Assembly (NCBI GenBank): GCA_044222475.1
Contig: JBGANF010000078.1
Location: 1 to 37,636 of the forward strand
Reading direction: 5' to 3'
DNA length: 37,636 nucleotides
Source of the DNA: Polyangiaceae bacterium
Lineage (GTDB): Bacteria > Myxococcota_A > Polyangia > Polyangiales > Polyangiaceae
The translations under genes and the position numbers were made by a program. Below the pieces are notes generated by a model that did no database searches, had not been told where the DNA came from, and was given only the letters and a program-made list of their open reading frames with translations. Shown here in pieces: positions 19,643 through 27,728 of the stretch; the first letter of the stretch is position 1; the number at the start of each line of letters is the position of its first letter.

Positions 19643-21729
19643 GGGTTGCCTCCGTTGTCGGTCGCCGTCGCCGTCGGAGCACCACCACCACCGGACTCGG
19701 ATCGTTGCTTCACCCGGGCAGGGTACGCTTGCTCGGGGAATCGATCGACGACGTCTTTGTACGTCTTCTGGGCCCCGCTCTTGTCCCCCGAGTCCCACTG
19801 AGCGTCGCCGAGACCGACGAGCGCCGGAACGTAGCTTCCGTTCGCCGAAACGGCGCGCCGGAAGAAGGTCTGTGCGTTGGCGAGGTCGTGCTGGGCGTAC
19901 GCAATCTCACCGAGGCCGGAGAGGGCTTCGGAGTCCGTCGCGTTGAGCTCGAGGACCTTGCCGTAGAGCGTCTTCGCCTTCTCGTAGTCGCCTTTGCCTT
20001 TGGCGCCTTCGGCTTGGGTCAGGAGCACGCGCGGATCGGACGAGACGACGCCCGGCCCGCCCGTGGCGGTCGGCGGGAGGTTGCCCACGTCGACGACGGC
20101 GACGGAGCCACCATCGGCCGATGCGGCGGGTGTCGTGGTGGGCGTGCGATCGACGTACTCGCGCAGCGGCTGGAGCAGCGGATACGGACGAGGCAGCGTG
20201 AGGAGGCGCTCGATCTCCTTTCGCGCACCGGCCGCGTCCCCCGAGCGCGCGAGCGCGAACACGAGCGCAGCGCGCGCACGACCGAGCCCGCGTTCGGCGT
20301 CGGCGGCTTCGCGGAGGCGCGCGAGCACCTGCGCGCTCGGCGCGGCGGGCTCCGAGAGGTCGAGCGCGGCGAGCACGTAGCTCGTCTCCGGCTGCGAAGC
20401 GATCGACGCGATCTTCGAGACGAGACCGCGCGCGCCCGCGACGTCACCGGCGATGCGCATCGCGTCGATCTTCGCGCGGGTCGTCGCCGGGTCGTCGGGT
20501 GCGGCTGCCGAGGCTTGATCGGACGCGGCGCGAGCCTTGTTCGCGAGGTCCGCGAGATCCTTCTTGGCGAGCGTGAGCGGCTCGCCGGCGTTCGGCGGCA
20601 GGAGCTCGACCCGAAGCCACGCCTGATCGGCGCGCGCGTTCGCGACGCGGTTCACGATGAGGAGGACGCGCGGATCCTTGTCGGCGAGGACGCTCGCCTT
20701 GTCCGCGTTCTCCTTCGCGCCGTCGAGGTCGCCATCGGTGAGCGCGCGATCCGCGTCGTCGACGAGCTTCTGCGCTTTGGGATCGAGCGGCGGGAGCTCG
20801 GCGGTGACCTTCGGCGGAGGCGGCATCAAGTAGGGACGAGCGACGACGAACCCGAGCACGCAGACGCCGACGAAGAGGAACGCCGCGACCACCCATCCCC
20901 CGATGGGACGACGCGCCGGAGCCATTTCGGGGTACGACGTGCGCGCGTCGATGAACGAGTCCTGTCGCGGCCTCGTGGGCGGCGGCAACGGCGACGACAC
21001 CTCGGGCGTGCGCTCGCGCGGAGGAAGCCGGATGCGTTCGCTGTTCGGATCGTGCAGCGCGGGCATCGTCGGCGCCTCGGGCGGCGGCTCGTCCATCTGG
21101 GGCGGCAGCGACTGCACGGTGGGGGCTGCTTGCGGGACGGGAGCAGGCGGCGGGATCGCCGGCTGCGGTGGCGCGGGATCAGGAGGAGGCGCACCCGCAG
21201 CGGGAGTCGGGTTCGCGCTCATCGTCGTCGCGAAGGGTGAGACCTGCGACTGCATCGGTGCCGGCGGGATCGCGCCGCTGTGCTCGGCCGGCGGACGAAG
21301 AGTGTCGACCCGGGCGCGCTTCGGCGGTGGCAGCGCGGCGGTCGTCGCCCCGGGCGGCGCCGGCGGGCGGGATGGTCGCTTCGGTGGGCTCACTTCGGAT
21401 GCGGCTGGGACGCTGGTGCGCTTGCCTTCGAAGAAGGGCTCGAGCTCGGCGATGGAGCCGAGGATGCGCGGCGGCGCCGTGCCTCGCGCGAGCGAGTCAC
21501 CGCGCCCGACCTGCTTGCCGAGGATGGCCTTCTGGAGCTCGCGCAGCGAGGTGAAGACGAGGGACTTCCCCGTGACCGTGGTCACCACCCATCGATCGGT
21601 GCCCGTCTCGGACCGGCGCACTTTGAACTGGTGCGCGCATTGAGTGCACTTGACGGTGGTGCCCCTCTCGCTGACGAGGGCGTCGTCGAAGTCGTACTCG
21701 GTCTTGCAGCGCTCGCACTGGACGTACAT
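19639..21729 (-). CDS. Zinc-ribbon (MJ0042-type) / GYF-like / Pro-rich linker / TM / periplasmic TPR protein, ~696 aa
   Basis: N-terminal CERC...VKCTQC, Pro-rich linker, transmembrane helix WVVAAFLFVGVCVLGFVVA and C-terminal TPRs (GDYEKAKTLYGKVLELN...). Confidence 0.85.
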   Translation of the reverse strand: MYVQCERCKTEYDFDDALVSERGTTVKCTQCAHQFKVRRSETGTDRWVVTTVTGKSLVFTSLRELQKAILGKQVGRGDSLARGTAPPRILGSIAELEPFFEGKRTSVPAASEVSPPKRPSRPPAPPGATTAALPPPKRARVDTLRPPAEHSGAIPPAPMQSQVSPFATTMSANPTPAAGAPPPDPAPPQPAIPPPAPVPQAAPTVQSLPPQMDEPPPEAPTMPALHDPNSERIRLPPRERTPEVSSPLPPPTRPRQDSFIDARTSYPEMAPARRPIGGWVVAAFLFVGVCVLGFVVARPYLMPPPPKVTAELPPLDPKAQKLVDDADRALTDGDLDGAKENADKASVLADKDPRVLLIVNRVANARADQAWLRVELLPPNAGEPLTLAKKDLADLANKARAASDQASAAAPDDPATTRAKIDAMRIAGDVAGARGLVSKIASIASQPETSYVLAALDLSEPAAPSAQVLARLREAADAERGLGRARAALVFALARSGDAAGARKEIERLLTLPRPYPLLQPLREYVDRTPTTTPAASADGGSVAVVDVGNLPPTATGGPGVVSSDPRVLLTQAEGAKGKGDYEKAKTLYGKVLELNATDSEALSGLGEIAYAQHDLANAQTFFRRAVSANGSYVPALVGLGDAQWDSGDKSGAQKTYKDVVDRFPEQAYPARVKQRSESGGGGAPTATATDNGGNP

Positions 21730-21912
21730 TCGGTGCGTGCCCTTTGTCACACGGAGGCCAAAAAAGCACAACCTTCGACCGGGGTTAGGTGAGCCCCTCC
21801 CCGGCTCCTAGGGATGGCCCGTTGGCACCTCCGGCTCCACCCCTGCCGTGAACCGGCGGCTACACCTTCGCAGAAACCCCGGAGAATTGCGAAAAAGACG
21901 GGAGTGGGCCGA

Positions 21913-21928
21913 AGGCACGAGCATTGCT
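21913..21928 (+). promoter_or_regulatory. Sigma54-type (-24/-12) promoter of the Cys-rich lipoprotein gene
   Basis: AGGCACGAGCATTGCT versus consensus TGGCACGnnnnTTGCW. GG (21914-15) and GC (21926-27) are at exact spacing, 70 nt upstream of ATG 21998. Confidence 0.7.
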
Positions 21929-21997
21929 AAGATGTCTGTCATCGCGGCGCACGTCAGTGCACAACCCCGCGGTCCTGAAAGCGTCCGGAAAAAGGCC

Positions 21998-23011
21998 ATG
22001 AAGCGAATCTTCTCGTTCTTCGTCCTTGGTGGGTTGGGTGTGGCGATCCTCGGCGGCTGCCCGATCTACTCCTCGAGCTCGGGCAACAGCCAGGTGTGCA
22101 CCGCTGACGCGTGCTTCGCCTGCAGCGGATCGAGCTACGATCCCAGTCAGTGTTCTCCCTGGACCTGCGGGGACAACAGCGACTGCCCGTCCGGCTACGA
22201 CTGCACTGCGGGCAGCTGCAAGGCGACCACCGGCACGACCTGCGCGTCTCCGGCGGACTGCCCGACCGGCAGCGTCTGCGGGACCGACAAGAAGTGCCAC
22301 CCGGGCGACTGCACGACCTTCGGGTGCGCGACCGGCTACACCTGCAAGGTCGCGGGCGGCAAAGCCAGCTGCGAGAAGAACGGCACCACCCCGAGCTGCG
22401 ACGCGACGGCGTGCGCCACCCAGATCAGCGGCGGCAAGTGCCTCAACGGCACCTGCGTGGCCCCGGCCGACCAGTGCACCGACCAGACCCAGTGCGTGAA
22501 CGGCAAGTGCGTGAACGGCGTCTGCACCCCCGAGTGCAGCGCGACGAAGGCCTGCGCGACTGGTTACTCGTGTGACATCGCGAAGGGCGTCTGCACCGGG
22601 AACCCGAACCCCTGCGGCCCGAACAACAACACCTGCACCGGCGGCACGACCTGCGTCGACAACCACTGCGTCACGCCGTGCAACAACGGCACCTGCAGCG
22701 CGGGCCTCGTCTGCGTCGCCGGCGGCTGCGTCCCCGACGGCAAGCCGACCTTCGTCTGCAACAAGGAAGGCGTGCAGGACGTCTGCGCGACCGGAAGCCT
22801 CTGCCTCCACCACAACTGCTACATCGCGTGCGACGGTTCGCCGAACTCGTGCATCGCGGCCGACAAGTTCAACGTCTGCAAGGACGTGACGACGACGAGC
22901 GGCAGCTACAAGGTCTGCGGCTCCGACTCGAACCTCGGCAGCGAGTGCGACGTCACCCTCGGCAAGACCTGCACGAACGCCGGCGCCTGCATCGACGGCT
23001 TCTGCCGCTGA
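21998..23011 (+). CDS. Cys-rich repeat lipoprotein, 337 aa (49 Cys)
   Basis: Signal MKRIFSFFVLGGLGVAILGGC with lipobox LGGC, then repeated four-Cys modules. Very strong C-ending codon bias. Confidence 0.9.
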   Translation: MKRIFSFFVLGGLGVAILGGCPIYSSSSGNSQVCTADACFACSGSSYDPSQCSPWTCGDNSDCPSGYDCTAGSCKATTGTTCASPADCPTGSVCGTDKKCHPGDCTTFGCATGYTCKVAGGKASCEKNGTTPSCDATACATQISGGKCLNGTCVAPADQCTDQTQCVNGKCVNGVCTPECSATKACATGYSCDIAKGVCTGNPNPCGPNNNTCTGGTTCVDNHCVTPCNNGTCSAGLVCVAGGCVPDGKPTFVCNKEGVQDVCATGSLCLHHNCYIACDGSPNSCIAADKFNVCKDVTTTSGSYKVCGSDSNLGSECDVTLGKTCTNAGACIDGFCR

Positions 23012-23028
23012 TCTCTGCGCCCTGAACG

Positions 23029-23067
23029 AAAGAGGGTCGTCCCACACCGGGACGGCCCTTTTTTTTT
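23029..23067 (+). terminator. Rho-independent terminator
   Basis: AGGGTCGTCCC-acacc-GGGACGGCCCT stem (one G-U pair) followed by a T run, about 20 nt after the stop at 23011. Confidence 0.9.
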
Positions 23068-23134
23068 GCCGCCGGACGAAGCGGCATCCTCTCGATGCGT
23101 CAATGCTGGCGAATGCTGACGAGAGTCGCTCGCT

Positions 23135-23616
23135 GCACGCGAACACGTGAACGTCTCACGTGAACGAGTACGTGCACGTGCACGTGAACGAGTGCTCTAC
23201 GAACAGGACTACGAGCACTTTCAGGTGCACGTGAACGTGTACGTGTACGTGCACGTGAACGTGTACGGGTACGGGTACGTGAACGTGAACGAGTACGAGC
23301 ACGTGCACGCGAACGTGAACGTGAACGTGAACGTGAACGTGAACGTGAACGAGTACGTGAACGACTACGTGAACGTGAACGTGAACGAGTACGCGAACGT
23401 CTACGGCGAACGTTCTCGTTACCGTTCACGTACACTTACTCGTTCACGTACCCGTGCACGTGCACGTGCTCGTAGTCGTGTTCGTGATCGTACTCGTTCA
23501 CGTACCCGTGCACGTGCACGTGCTCGTAGTCGTGTTCGTGATCGTACTCGTTCACGTACCCGTTCGCGTGCACGTGCTCGTACTCGTTCACGTCCACGTG
23601 CACGTGAACGTGCGCG
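23135..23616. repeat. Degenerate hexamer tandem array forming a large imperfect inverted repeat
   Basis: Left arm units are GNNNAC (GTGAAC, GAGTAC, GTGCAC, GTGTAC, GGGTAC). Right arm units are their reverse complements GTNNNC. The axis is GAAC|GTTC at 23411/23412. Confidence 0.95.
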
Positions 23617-23621
23617 TGGTA

Positions 23622-24503
23622 TCAGGGTTGGCGGGCGATGACGCAGCCTACGTTGACGGAGAGTTCGAAGCTTCCGTCGCTCCAGTATTTGTCGACGGCC
23701 TCTCGCACGTAGTCGAGTGGCGCGGCGAGGTCTTGGATCCCGAGGTTGCGCTGGAACTCCGGCACCAGCATGAGCCGCGTGATCGGGTCTTCGACGAACG
23801 CGCGCCCGTTCGGGAACGGGATCGCGAGCGGCCTCAGGCTCACGTCGACCGAGTCGAGCCCCAGCTCTTCGAGCTCGGCGGCGAGTCCCTCTACCGTGGG
23901 GCGTCGGGTCATCGCTCGCTCTACCGCCGTGTTCAGCGCCACCTCGTCGCGCTTGAGCGCGCACTCGCGGAGAAGATCCGCCACTTCGGCGAAGGAGCCT
24001 CGGAGCGGCACCGCCAAGAGCAGCTGCCCGCTCGGCGCGAGCAGGCGCTTCATCTCGTGCAGCAGGATCTGGCGCGACTCCGGATCGAACAACGGGTGGA
24101 TCGAGAGCACGTGAGAGAACGCCGCATCCGGGAACGGAAGCGGGAACTGATCCGCAAAGATGTAATCTGCACGCATCTCCCGCAGCGTCGCCGCCTTGGC
24201 GCGCGCGAGCTCGAGCGCGGCGGGCGATGCGTCGACGCTGTAGATGTGCGAGCCCTCGAGCTTGAGGGCGATCCCGCGGTCGGGGTAGCCGGTGCGGCAG
24301 CCGATGTGCGCGACCTGGGCGCGATCCGCTTCGAGGAGGTTCTCGAGCAAGAGCTCCCCGAAGTGGACGAGGTAGCGCGGCACGACGAACGTCTCGAGCA
24401 CCGCGGCGTCGGACGCAGCCAGGCGCGACGCCTGGAGCGACGGAACCTGTCCGGACGGCGGCGCGTCGGTGATGCTCTGCACGCCTTCGGGGGTCGGAGT
24501 CAC
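23622..24503 (-). CDS. Class I SAM-dependent methyltransferase-fold protein (degenerate motif I), 293 aa
   Basis: VAHIGCRTG, YSVDASPAALELAR, LPFPDAAFSHV and EMKRLLAPSGQL. GTG 24503 overlaps the upstream stop (GTGA). Confidence 0.8.
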   Translation of the reverse strand: MTPTPEGVQSITDAPPSGQVPSLQASRLAASDAAVLETFVVPRYLVHFGELLLENLLEADRAQVAHIGCRTGYPDRGIALKLEGSHIYSVDASPAALELARAKAATLREMRADYIFADQFPLPFPDAAFSHVLSIHPLFDPESRQILLHEMKRLLAPSGQLLLAVPLRGSFAEVADLLRECALKRDEVALNTAVERAMTRRPTVEGLAAELEELGLDSVDVSLRPLAIPFPNGRAFVEDPITRLMLVPEFQRNLGIQDLAAPLDYVREAVDKYWSDGSFELSVNVGCVIARQP

Positions 24504-25171
24504 GAGGGGCGTCCTCCGTTCTTGCGTTCGCCCCCTGCCGCGAGGATGAGATCGACGGCCTCTTTCGCGAGCTCGCCGAGCGTCACCGTCGCCTCTTCGC
24601 CCTCTGCGTCCTCCATCGACACCGTCCGCTTGTCGCTCTTGAGCGGCTCGAGCAGCTTCACCGAGTCGGGGTCGGCCGCTTGCGCCAGGGCCTCGATCGC
24701 CGACGCGACCACCTCGGGCTCGCTGCTCTTCACGAAGCGCCCGAGCAGCTTGAGCACGCCCGGCTCGGGGATCTCGGCGAGGAGGTACGGCAGCTCGACG
24801 AGCGCGGCGCTCGTCTTCGGCAACCGATCGAGCGCGCGCTCGACGCCGAGCGCGAGCTCCTTGAAGCGCGAGTAGCCGCGCTCCTCGAGAGCCTCGCCCG
24901 CCGCGAGCCGCGCCTCCGGCGAGTCCGCGGCGAGGATGTCGACGAGGAGGTCCACCGGCCGAGGGCCGTCGAGGTCGGCGAGGAGCTCCGCGACGCGCAC
25001 GAGGCGGAGGTTCCCCTCGTCCTCCGACTCCTTCGCCGCGGCGGTGATCGCCTTCGCCAGCGCGTCGAGGAGCGCGGGTTCGTCGCAGGAGAGGAGCGAC
25101 TCGTGAACCGTGCGCACGCGGCGCTCGGCTTCGAAGAGCTGCTCCAAGAGGGCCGTCGGTCGCTCCGCCAT
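24500..25171 (-). CDS. HEAT-repeat protein, 223 aa
   Basis: HEAT-like units (DSPEARLAAGEAL, SSEPEVVASAIEALAQ). TATAGT -10 box 8 nt before the ATG. Confidence 0.85.
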   Translation of the reverse strand: MAERPTALLEQLFEAERRVRTVHESLLSCDEPALLDALAKAITAAAKESEDEGNLRLVRVAELLADLDGPRPVDLLVDILAADSPEARLAAGEALEERGYSRFKELALGVERALDRLPKTSAALVELPYLLAEIPEPGVLKLLGRFVKSSEPEVVASAIEALAQAADPDSVKLLEPLKSDKRTVSMEDAEGEEATVTLGELAKEAVDLILAAGGERKNGGRPS

Positions 25172-25227
25172 GATGGCCCACTATACATCGGGAAGCCCTG
25201 GGCGCCGTGCGCGGTTAGGATGAGGTG

Positions 25228-26067
25228 ATGCGTTCGCTGCTCGTCGCCGCCGCTGCGCTCGCCGGTTTCGCGCTCGCACCCGCTGGTCGCGGGCCGAAGC
25301 TCGTCGTCCGAGCCGAAGCGCCGAAGGTCGAGGGCGTGGCCGACGGCACCCCCGGCGCGCCCTGTTCGGCCGGCCACTTTCCGGACGGCGAGGCGTGCGT
25401 CAGCTTCGCCGAGATCGAAGAGACGAGCGATGCGCCCGTCCTCCCGAACGCACACCACGACAAGTCGGGTGCCTGGGTCGCCTACGATCAAATCGGACGC
25501 CGCCCCGATCGTCCGGAGGACTACGACGCGTATCGCTACCCGATCCCGCCCGGCCTCCCAAACGGCCACAGCGTGATCTCGGGCTACGATCTCGATCGAC
25601 CGGATCAGGCGCAGCGGCGTGGGCGCACGCTTCGAGCCGTGGGGCACGGCGGAGTCGACCTGCCGCAAGCGAAAGGCACGCGCATCCCGATCTTCCACCT
25701 CGAGCACCAACAAGGCGAAGCCGAGGTCCTCTACGTGGGTCCGCTGTTCGGGACGACCGTGGTCACGCTCCACACCCTGCGCGAAGGTGGGCAGCTGCGG
25801 GACTACGTGCTGCTCTTCGGTCACCTCGACGGACCCGCGCCCGGCCTCGCGAAGGGGCAGACCCTGCGCGACGGAGACCTGGTCGGCTTCGTGGGCGACA
25901 CGGGGTCGCCCGAGCTCGTCCACCTGCACCTCGAGGCTCGTCGCGTGCGCGAGGGCGTCGACGCCCGGTCGCTCGTTGGAGCTGGAGCAGGAGGAGGCGG
26001 CGCCGCAATCTTGGCGGATTCCGCGACGATCGTGTGCGATCCGAGAAACGTCCTCCCTCTGCGCTGA
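25228..26067 (+). CDS. M23 family metallopeptidase (exported)
   Basis: Signal peptide, Zn ligands HGGVD (HxxxD) and HLH, plus FGHLD and GFVGDTG. Confidence 0.88.
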   Translation: MRSLLVAAAALAGFALAPAGRGPKLVVRAEAPKVEGVADGTPGAPCSAGHFPDGEACVSFAEIEETSDAPVLPNAHHDKSGAWVAYDQIGRRPDRPEDYDAYRYPIPPGLPNGHSVISGYDLDRPDQAQRRGRTLRAVGHGGVDLPQAKGTRIPIFHLEHQQGEAEVLYVGPLFGTTVVTLHTLREGGQLRDYVLLFGHLDGPAPGLAKGQTLRDGDLVGFVGDTGSPELVHLHLEARRVREGVDARSLVGAGAGGGGAAILADSATIVCDPRNVLPLR

Positions 26068-26192
26068 GGCCTTGCGCCCCGCTCGCGGACGAGGGACGAT
26101 ACGGACGAATTCCAGGTTTTTTCGTGTCCTTCCCTTCAGCCCGCAAGCCCTCCTACCCGCCGCCGCCGCCCTCCCATTCGTTGCGTCGGGTG

Positions 26193-27671
26193 ATGGGGAT
26201 GGTGTGTCCGAAGTGCCAACGGCGCTTCGATGAGGGGCCGCAGACGCCGTCCCACTGCCCGTCGGACGGCGGTTTTCTCGTCCGGGCGCAAGACATGGCC
26301 GAGTCGAACGGGGATCCGATGCTCGGCCGAACGCTCGCCGGTCGTTTCACGATCATGGCACGCCTCGGTGCGGGCTCGATGGGCACGGTCTATCGGGCGC
26401 GCCAGGTCGCCATCCACCGCGACGTCGCGATCAAGATCCTCCGCAACGATCGCGCGCTGGACGAGGCGGCGAAGGCCCGGTTCCTCCGCGAGGCCCGCGC
26501 GAACAGCGTTTTGCAGTCTGCACACACCGTCACCGTGTTCGACTTCGGCCAGAGCGAGACGGGTGAGCTCTACCTCGCGATGGAGATGCTCGAAGGCGAG
26601 AGCGTCGGCCAGCGGCTCCAGCGCGAGAAGCGCCTCCCGGTCGAGATGGCGGTCGAGGTCGCACGCCAAGCGCTGCGCTCGCTCGCCGAAGCCCACGCGA
26701 AGGGCATCGTCCACCGCGACCTCAAGCCGGACAACCTCTTCTTCGCGAAGGTCGTGAACGCGAGCGGCCAGCCGGAAGAGATCGTGAAGGTCCTCGACTT
26801 CGGGATCGCGAAGATGCTCGGCGAAGGCGCCGGCCCGATGAACGCCGTCGAGACGCAGGCCGGCACCGTGTTCGGCACGCCGCGGTACATGTCTCCCGAG
26901 CAGGCCCAGGCAAAGCCGCTCGATGCGCGGAGCGATCTCTATTCGCTGGGCGTCATCCTCTACCACATGCTCGCCGGTCGCCCGCCGTTCACCGACGACG
27001 ACGCGATCATCGTGATGGCGCGGCACATCAAGTCGCAGCCGAAGCCGTTCTCGGACGTGTGCCCCGACGCGCACATCCCGACCGAGGTCGAGAAGGTCGT
27101 CTTCCGCACCATGGCGAAGGACCCGGCGAACCGCCCCGCCAACGCCGACGAGATGGCGCAGGAGATCGTCGCCGCCTTCGAGCACTCGCGCGCGTCGGCG
27201 AGCGGCGTGCGCTCGGCCGCCGTTCGGTCCGGCTCGGTCCGCCCGCCCCCGATGGGCACGAGCATGGCTCCGGGCGCACCGGCGCAACCGGAAGCCGCCG
27301 ACAGCCTCGAGGTGCGCTCGGTATCGCCCGCCAAGCAGCTGCCGAAGAGCTTCGTGGCCCTCGCTGCCGCGGTCGGCGTCATCGCGGTCGTCGTCGTCGC
27401 GGCGCTCGCGATCCGCGTCCTGCGCGAGCCGGTGAAGCAGCCCATCGTCGTGACCGCGGCCCCGCCGGCGACGACCACGCAGGTCACCCCGACCGCCACC
27501 GACACCGCAACCAAGCCTTTGGCGACGACCAGCACCGACGTCCCGACGCTGGACGTTTCGGCTCTGCCGACGGCCAAGGGCCCCGCAACGATTCACACCG
27601 GACACAAGCCCCCGGGGACGGCCGCCCCTGGAGCTTCCTCGGCAGCAGATCGCTACGGTCGACTCGAGTAA
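26193..27671 (+). CDS. Membrane-anchored Hanks-type Ser/Thr protein kinase with an N-terminal Cys motif
   Basis: LGAGSMGTVY, VAIK, HRDLKPDN, DFG, GTPRYMSPEQ and DLYSLG. N-terminal CPKC..CPSDG. TM helix and Thr/Pro-rich tail. Start ATG 26193 or 26199. Confidence 0.95.
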   Translation: MGMVCPKCQRRFDEGPQTPSHCPSDGGFLVRAQDMAESNGDPMLGRTLAGRFTIMARLGAGSMGTVYRARQVAIHRDVAIKILRNDRALDEAAKARFLREARANSVLQSAHTVTVFDFGQSETGELYLAMEMLEGESVGQRLQREKRLPVEMAVEVARQALRSLAEAHAKGIVHRDLKPDNLFFAKVVNASGQPEEIVKVLDFGIAKMLGEGAGPMNAVETQAGTVFGTPRYMSPEQAQAKPLDARSDLYSLGVILYHMLAGRPPFTDDDAIIVMARHIKSQPKPFSDVCPDAHIPTEVEKVVFRTMAKDPANRPANADEMAQEIVAAFEHSRASASGVRSAAVRSGSVRPPPMGTSMAPGAPAQPEAADSLEVRSVSPAKQLPKSFVALAAAVGVIAVVVVAALAIRVLREPVKQPIVVTAAPPATTTQVTPTATDTATKPLATTSTDVPTLDVSALPTAKGPATIHTGHKPPGTAAPGASSAADRYGRLE

Positions 27672-27728
27672 GTCGCCGTCTTCCTTCGTTGATTGGCCAA
27701 ACCAAAGGGTGATAGCCTCCGCGCGCAC

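Noticed and set aside
23102..23121. 10-bp tandem AATGCTG(G/A)CG just before the hexamer array
   Set aside because: Only two imperfect copies, so it cannot be distinguished from chance without other loci.
23135..23616. CRISPR array interpretation of the repeat region
   Set aside because: No constant 23-47 bp repeat separated by unique spacers and no cas genes; periodicity is 6 bp.
23100..23641. ORFs across the hexamer array (poly-VN/VY/VH and RS/RT/RA peptides on both strands)
   Set aside because: The hexamer alphabet contains almost no stop codons, so open frames arise automatically. There is no RBS, and the plus-strand ORF starts just after a strong terminator.
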